Shown here: piece by piece, positions 42,979 to 46,932 of the stretch
Layout of the letters: the number at the start of each line of letters is the position of its first letter
Numbering within the stretch: position 1 is the first letter of the stretch
Assembly: GCA_038255675.1 (NCBI GenBank)
Contig: JBBSLB010000001.1
Span: 1 to 46,932, forward strand
DNA length: 46,932 nt
Source of the DNA: Mycobacteriales bacterium
GTDB taxonomy: Bacteria > Actinomycetota > Actinomycetes > Mycobacteriales > SCTD01
Direction of reading: 5' to 3'
Notes under the pieces: generated by a model
The model's input: the letters and a program-made list of their open reading frames with translations, nothing else
The model's database searches: none
What the model was told of the DNA's origin: nothing
Made by a program: the position numbers and the translations under genes

Positions 42979-43875
42979 TCAGCGGGTGGCGAGCAGCAGC
43001 CCGCGGCGGCGAAGCACGCGCCGCTCGAGCGGGGCGAACAGCAGCAGCTCGACGGCGATCCCGACGACGAGGATGCCGAGGATGCCGGCGAAGACGAGCG
43101 ACATGTCCTGCAGGAAGCGGCCCTCCTCGAGCAGCTGGCCGAGGCCGGTGCCGAGCTCGGGCGACTTCACGATCAGCTCGGCGGCCATGAGCGAGCGCCA
43201 CGAGAACGCCCAGCCCTGGCGCAGCCCCCCGACGTAGCCGGGCAGCGCCGCGGGCAGCAGCACGAAGCGCGCGGTGTCCCAGCCGCGGGCGCCGAGGACC
43301 CGGCCGACCCGGCTGTAGAGCGGCGGCACCTGGTCGATGCCGGACACCATCCCGTTGGCGATCGACGGGACCGCGCCAAGCAGGACGACGGCGTAGATCG
43401 CGGTGTTGCCGATGCCGAAGAAGATGATCGCCGCGGGCACCCAGGCGACCGACGGCAGCGACTGCAGGCCGCTGACGAGCGGGCCGATCCCCCTGCGCAC
43501 AGGGCGGACCCGGGCGATGAGCAGCCCCAGCGGCGTGCCGATGGCGAGCGCGACGAGGAAGCCGAGCCCGCCGCGCGACAGGCTCACGCCCATCGCCTCG
43601 AGCAGGGTCCCGTCGCGCAGCTGGTCGACCAGCTGGAGCCCGACGTCGGCCGGCGAGGGCAGCGCGTAGGTCGGCTTGACGCCCGCGCGGTAGGCCAGCT
43701 CCCAGATGCCGAGGAGCAGCGCGATGGCCACGACCGGCGGCCAGGCCGCCGACAGCAGCCGGCGGCCGCGGTCCTTGCGCTCCTCGGGGCCGGCCTCGAG
43801 AGCGTCGAGGCCGGCCTCGAGGCTCGCGAGGTCGTCGTCGCGCACAGTGGTGTTGCTCATGCGCGCGCTGCTCAT
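42979..43875 (-). CDS. ABC transporter permease (SsuC/TauC/NrtB-like)
   Basis: Taken from ORF 42979..44376, with the ATG at 43875 overlapping the ATPase stop (ATGA). Six hydrophobic spans. Binding-protein-dependent permease region GGLGFLVALAIGTPLGLL ... SRVGRVLGARGWDTARFVLLPAALP. Confidence 0.85.
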   Translation of the reverse strand: MSSARMSNTTVRDDDLASLEAGLDALEAGPEERKDRGRRLLSAAWPPVVAIALLLGIWELAYRAGVKPTYALPSPADVGLQLVDQLRDGTLLEAMGVSLSRGGLGFLVALAIGTPLGLLIARVRPVRRGIGPLVSGLQSLPSVAWVPAAIIFFGIGNTAIYAVVLLGAVPSIANGMVSGIDQVPPLYSRVGRVLGARGWDTARFVLLPAALPGYVGGLRQGWAFSWRSLMAAELIVKSPELGTGLGQLLEEGRFLQDMSLVFAGILGILVVGIAVELLLFAPLERRVLRRRGLLLATR

Positions 43876-44663
43876 GCGGCGGTCCCGTGCCGGCGGATCT
43901 CGTCGCGCAGGTCGCCGGTGATCTCGACCGAGAGCCGGGCCACCTCGGGCGACTCGATCCGGCGCGGGTGGTCGATGCGGACGTCGTACTCCTTGGCCAC
44001 CCGGCCGGGGCGGGAGGAGAGCAGGACCACGCGGTCGCCGAGCCGTACCGCCTCGCGCACGTTGTGGGTGACGAACACGACGGTGAGCGCCTGCGACTGG
44101 CGGATTCGCACGAGCTCCTCGTGCAGCACGTCCCGTGTGATGGCGTCGAGCGCGGCGAACGGCTCGTCCATGAGCAGGACATGACTGTCCTGCGCGAGCG
44201 CGCGGGCCATCGCCACGCGCTGGCGCATGCCGCCCGAGAGCTCGTGCGGACGCTTGTCGACGGCGTCCTGAAGCCGGACCAGGCCGAGCAGGTCGCGGGC
44301 GCGCTCGCGCCGCTCCTTCTTGCCGGCGCCGCGCAGCCGCAGAGCGAGCTCGACGTTCTGGGCCGCGGTCAGCCACGGGAACAGCGCTGGCTCCTGGAAC
44401 ATCAGCGCCGCGCTCCCGCCGGGCACCTCGACCGTGCCCGAGCTCGGGACGTCGAGGTCGGCGACCAGGTTCAGCAGCGTGGACTTCCCGCAGCCGGAAG
44501 CCCCGAGCAGGCAGACGAACTCGCCCTGCGCCACGTCGAGGCTGATGTCGTCGAGGACGAGCGGTCCGGCGCCGAAGCGCTTGCTCGCACCGGCGATGCG
44601 CACCGCCGGACCGGCGGCACGCACCACAGCGGGGGCGGCCAGGTCGGAAGAGGTGAGGGTCAT
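43872..44663 (-). CDS. ABC transporter ATP-binding protein (SsuB/TauB/NrtD-like)
   Basis: Walker A GASGCGKST, signature LSGGMRQRV, Walker B LLMDEPFAALD. Confidence 0.92.
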   Translation of the reverse strand: MTLTSSDLAAPAVVRAAGPAVRIAGASKRFGAGPLVLDDISLDVAQGEFVCLLGASGCGKSTLLNLVADLDVPSSGTVEVPGGSAALMFQEPALFPWLTAAQNVELALRLRGAGKKERRERARDLLGLVRLQDAVDKRPHELSGGMRQRVAMARALAQDSHVLLMDEPFAALDAITRDVLHEELVRIRQSQALTVVFVTHNVREAVRLGDRVVLLSSRPGRVAKEYDVRIDHPRRIESPEVARLSVEITGDLRDEIRRHGTAA

Positions 44664-44666
44664 GGC

Positions 44667-45749
44667 TCAGCCCTTCGAGGCGATCGCGTCGGCGCCCAGT
44701 CCGGCGTCCACGACGTCGCGGCCGAGGACCTTCCGGAGCAGGCTGAGGTCGTAGATGCCGGTGAGGTCCGCCTCGTCCACCAGCCCGGTGTCGACGGCGT
44801 TCTCAGCGTTGCGGCGCAGCGAGGAGGCAACCGGGTCCTCGGTCAGCTCGATCGCTGCGAAGGCCCGGTCGATGGTCGCGGGGGCGAGCGCCTTGCCGGT
44901 GAGCTGCTCGAGCTGGTCGTTGACGACCTGCTTGGCCTGCTCCGGGTCCGCCGCGATCTGACGGTTGGCCTCGACCTGGCCGCGCAGCAGCGCCTCGACG
45001 GATTGCGGGTGCTCGCGCAGGAACTCGGTGCGGACCACCAGGTGGGTGGTGACGAAGCGACCGCCGGGCCACAGGTCCTTCTCGTCGACGAGCACCCGGC
45101 CGCCGCCCTCGAGCACCAGCCGCGAGGCCCACGGCTCGGGGACCCAGGCGCCGGCGATCCGCCCAGCCTGGAACTCGCTGAGCGTCGCGCTGTTCTCCTG
45201 GGCGCGGATGAGCACGTCGCCGCCGCCGTCGGGGTCGACCTGGAAACCCTGGTCGGCCAGCCAGGTGCGCAGCGCTATGTCCTGGGTGCCGCCGGTCTGC
45301 GGGCTCGCGAGCTTCTCGCCGCGCAGCTGCTCGGGCGAGAAGATGTCGTCGCGGACGACGAGCGAGGCCCCGCCCGAGGTGGCGCCGGCAACAATCCGCA
45401 ACGCCTCCCCCCGGCTCTTGACGAAGCCGTTCACGGCGGGGTTCGGACCGAGGTAGGCCGCGTCGAGGCTGCCGGCGAACAGCGCCTCGACGGCCGCCGG
45501 CCCGGCGCCGAAGACCTGCGTGGTGAGGGCGGTGGCGCCGAGCTCCTCGGCGAAGGTGCCAGTGCCCACGCCGTAGACGGCACCGGCGTGGGTGACGTTG
45601 GCGAAGTAGCCCAGCCGCAGCTCGGCGGCGGGTCGCGCGTCAGCACTGGCCACGACCGGCAGCGCGGCGACGGAGGCGTCGGTGGTGGCGCAGGCGGAGC
45701 TGGCCAGCAGGGCGGACAGGACCAGCAGGGCGGAACGGACGAGCTTCAA
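44667..45749 (-). CDS. ABC transporter substrate-binding lipoprotein (NMT1/SsuA-like; sulfonate, taurine or nitrate class)
   Basis: Signal plus Cys, MKLVRSALLVLSALLASSAC. LRLGYFANVTHA start typical of SsuA/TauA-like binding proteins. Adjacent permease and ATPase. Confidence 0.82.
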   Translation of the reverse strand: MKLVRSALLVLSALLASSACATTDASVAALPVVASADARPAAELRLGYFANVTHAGAVYGVGTGTFAEELGATALTTQVFGAGPAAVEALFAGSLDAAYLGPNPAVNGFVKSRGEALRIVAGATSGGASLVVRDDIFSPEQLRGEKLASPQTGGTQDIALRTWLADQGFQVDPDGGGDVLIRAQENSATLSEFQAGRIAGAWVPEPWASRLVLEGGGRVLVDEKDLWPGGRFVTTHLVVRTEFLREHPQSVEALLRGQVEANRQIAADPEQAKQVVNDQLEQLTGKALAPATIDRAFAAIELTEDPVASSLRRNAENAVDTGLVDEADLTGIYDLSLLRKVLGRDVVDAGLGADAIASKG

Positions 45750-45978
45750 GGGGAGATTCCTTCAGGGACGGACGAGCGTGCCTAGGAGAGCGGGACGAGC
45801 TCTCCCAGACATCGCGTCCCGGGCCGGCACGAGTCGACGCACCAGCCCACCCACGGCGTCCGCGACCACCCGCTGCGCGTGGCGCTCGTGCGCGCCTGCA
45901 GTCCGGGGGTCATCCCTACATCCTGCTGTTGTCGATCGGATCAGTCAACATTGCAGCCGATGTGATCTGCTCCCCGGC

Positions 45979-46455
45979 GTGCAGATCTCCGCCCGCGCCG
46001 ACTACGCCCTGCGAGCGTTGTGCGTGCTGGCGACCGCGGAGCAGGACGTCGTGGTCAAGGCGGCCCAGATCGCTGAGGCGCAGGCGATCCCGCGGACCTT
46101 CCTCGACCAGATCCTCACCGACCTGCGCCGGGCGGGCATGGTCGAGAGCCGGCGCGGTCCCGACGGCGGCCACAAGCTGGCCCGCCCGCCCTACGCCATC
46201 ACCGTCGCCGACGTGGTCCGGGTCGTCGACGGACCGCTCGCGCTGGTGCACGGCGGCCGTCCCGAGGCGATGCTCTACACCGGCCCCGCCGAGCACCTGC
46301 GCGACGTGTGGGTGGCCGTGCGGGCAGCGCTGCGTCAGGTGCTCGAGCGCACCTCGCTGGAGCAGATCGTCGAGGGCCGGCTCCCGCCGCAGGTCACCTC
46401 GCTGTCGGAGGACCCGCGCTCCTGGACGTCGGTCTGGCCGCCGCCCGTCGGCTGA
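45979..46455 (+). CDS. Rrf2-family transcriptional regulator (no Fe-S cysteine triad visible)
   Basis: ORF 45682..46455 trimmed to the GTG at 45979, giving VQISARADYALRALCVLA ... IPRTFLDQILTDLRRAGMVESRRGPDGGHKLA. Divergent from the ABC operon. Confidence 0.88.
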   Translation: MQISARADYALRALCVLATAEQDVVVKAAQIAEAQAIPRTFLDQILTDLRRAGMVESRRGPDGGHKLARPPYAITVADVVRVVDGPLALVHGGRPEAMLYTGPAEHLRDVWVAVRAALRQVLERTSLEQIVEGRLPPQVTSLSEDPRSWTSVWPPPVG

Positions 46456-46469
46456 CGGGCTCATGGCGC

Positions 46470-46932
46470 TCAGGACCTGGCAACCATCCCCGCGCCGAGC
46501 GTTGCGCCCGTCACCTCGTCGACCACCAGGAACGCCCCCGTCGTGCGGTCGTCCGCGTACGCGTCGACGGCGAGTGGCGAGGCCGTGCGCAGCGACACGC
46601 GGCCCAGGTCGTTCAGGCCGAGCGCGTCAACCGGCTCGCGCTCCAGGGTGGTGACGTCGAGCCGGTCGTGCAGTCCGGTGACCCTCGCCTTGACGGTGCG
46701 GGTGGTGTGCTTGACGAGCACCCTCGCGCCGGCGCGCAGCGGCGCATCGGCCATCCAGCACACTGTCGCCTCCAGCGTCGAGACGACCTGGGGCGGCTCG
46801 GCGGCCGAGCAGATGGTGTCGCCGCGGCTGACGTCGAGCTCGTCGGCCAGCCGGACGGTCACGGCCTGCCGCGCGACTGCGTGCTGCAGCTCGCCGTCGG
46901 CGGTGTCGATCCCGGCGACCATGGTCGTACGA
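46470..46932 (-). CDS. cysN: sulfate adenylyltransferase subunit 1 (CysN), C-terminal part; the gene continues beyond the window
   Basis: EF-Tu-like domains II/III: RLADELDVSRGDTI, LEATVCWMADAPLRAGARVLVKHTTRTVKARV and DDRTTGAFLVVDEVTGATLGAGMV. Confidence 0.85.
   Translation of the reverse strand, partial: RTTMVAGIDTADGELQHAVARQAVTVRLADELDVSRGDTICSAAEPPQVVSTLEATVCWMADAPLRAGARVLVKHTTRTVKARVTGLHDRLDVTTLEREPVDALGLNDLGRVSLRTASPLAVDAYADDRTTGAFLVVDEVTGATLGAGMVARS

Noticed and set aside
39662-43237. 1191-aa plus-strand ORF
   Set aside because: Only about codons 94..255 are meaningful (the P450 remnant). The rest is read-through antisense to cbiX, the cysG-like gene and the carbonic anhydrase, caused by the absence of stop codons in GC-rich sequence.

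Overview
Very high-GC actinobacterial chromosome segment, read by eye only; all family calls come from motif recognition, with no BLAST or HMM searches. The window is dominated by a complete, minus-strand division and cell wall (dcw) cluster: mraZ, rsmH, ftsL, ftsI-type PBP, murE, murF, mraY, murD, ftsW, murG, murC, ftsQ, a PAS-GGDEF gene, ftsZ, pgeF, yggS, sepF, yggT and divIVA. Nine consecutive 4-nt start/stop overlaps link rsmH to ftsQ. On the left flank is ileS behind a translational T-box leader, two small unknown genes and two identical 82-bp hairpin repeats. To the right of mraZ lie a divergent MoxR / DUF58 / transglutaminase (TgpA) triad, a DUF3040 gene, dinB, a SAM methyltransferase and a secreted M15/LAS-type peptidase. 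Next comes a tight three-gene operon of DUF6504-like, HEPN-like (Rx4H) and a DnaE2-type polymerase, sitting behind a perfect actinobacterial LexA box. The right end holds a decayed cytochrome P450 remnant and a sulfur/siroheme block: CbiX/SirB, CysG-like, beta-carbonic anhydrase, an SsuABC-like transporter, an Rrf2 regulator and a partial cysN. The strongest candidate for something undescribed is the SOS-box-fronted DUF6504 / HEPN / DnaE2-like operon, which has no ImuA'/ImuB partner in this window. Other items worth a second look: a PAS-GGDEF cyclase between ftsQ and ftsZ; an unannotated 52-codon membrane sORF with a structured leader between mraZ and rsmH; two arrays of GTGGG-type repeats in the mraZ/moxR control region; a family of GTACTGATC...GATCAGTAC hairpin elements; and several 9-, 12- and 15-bp tandem repeats in and between genes.
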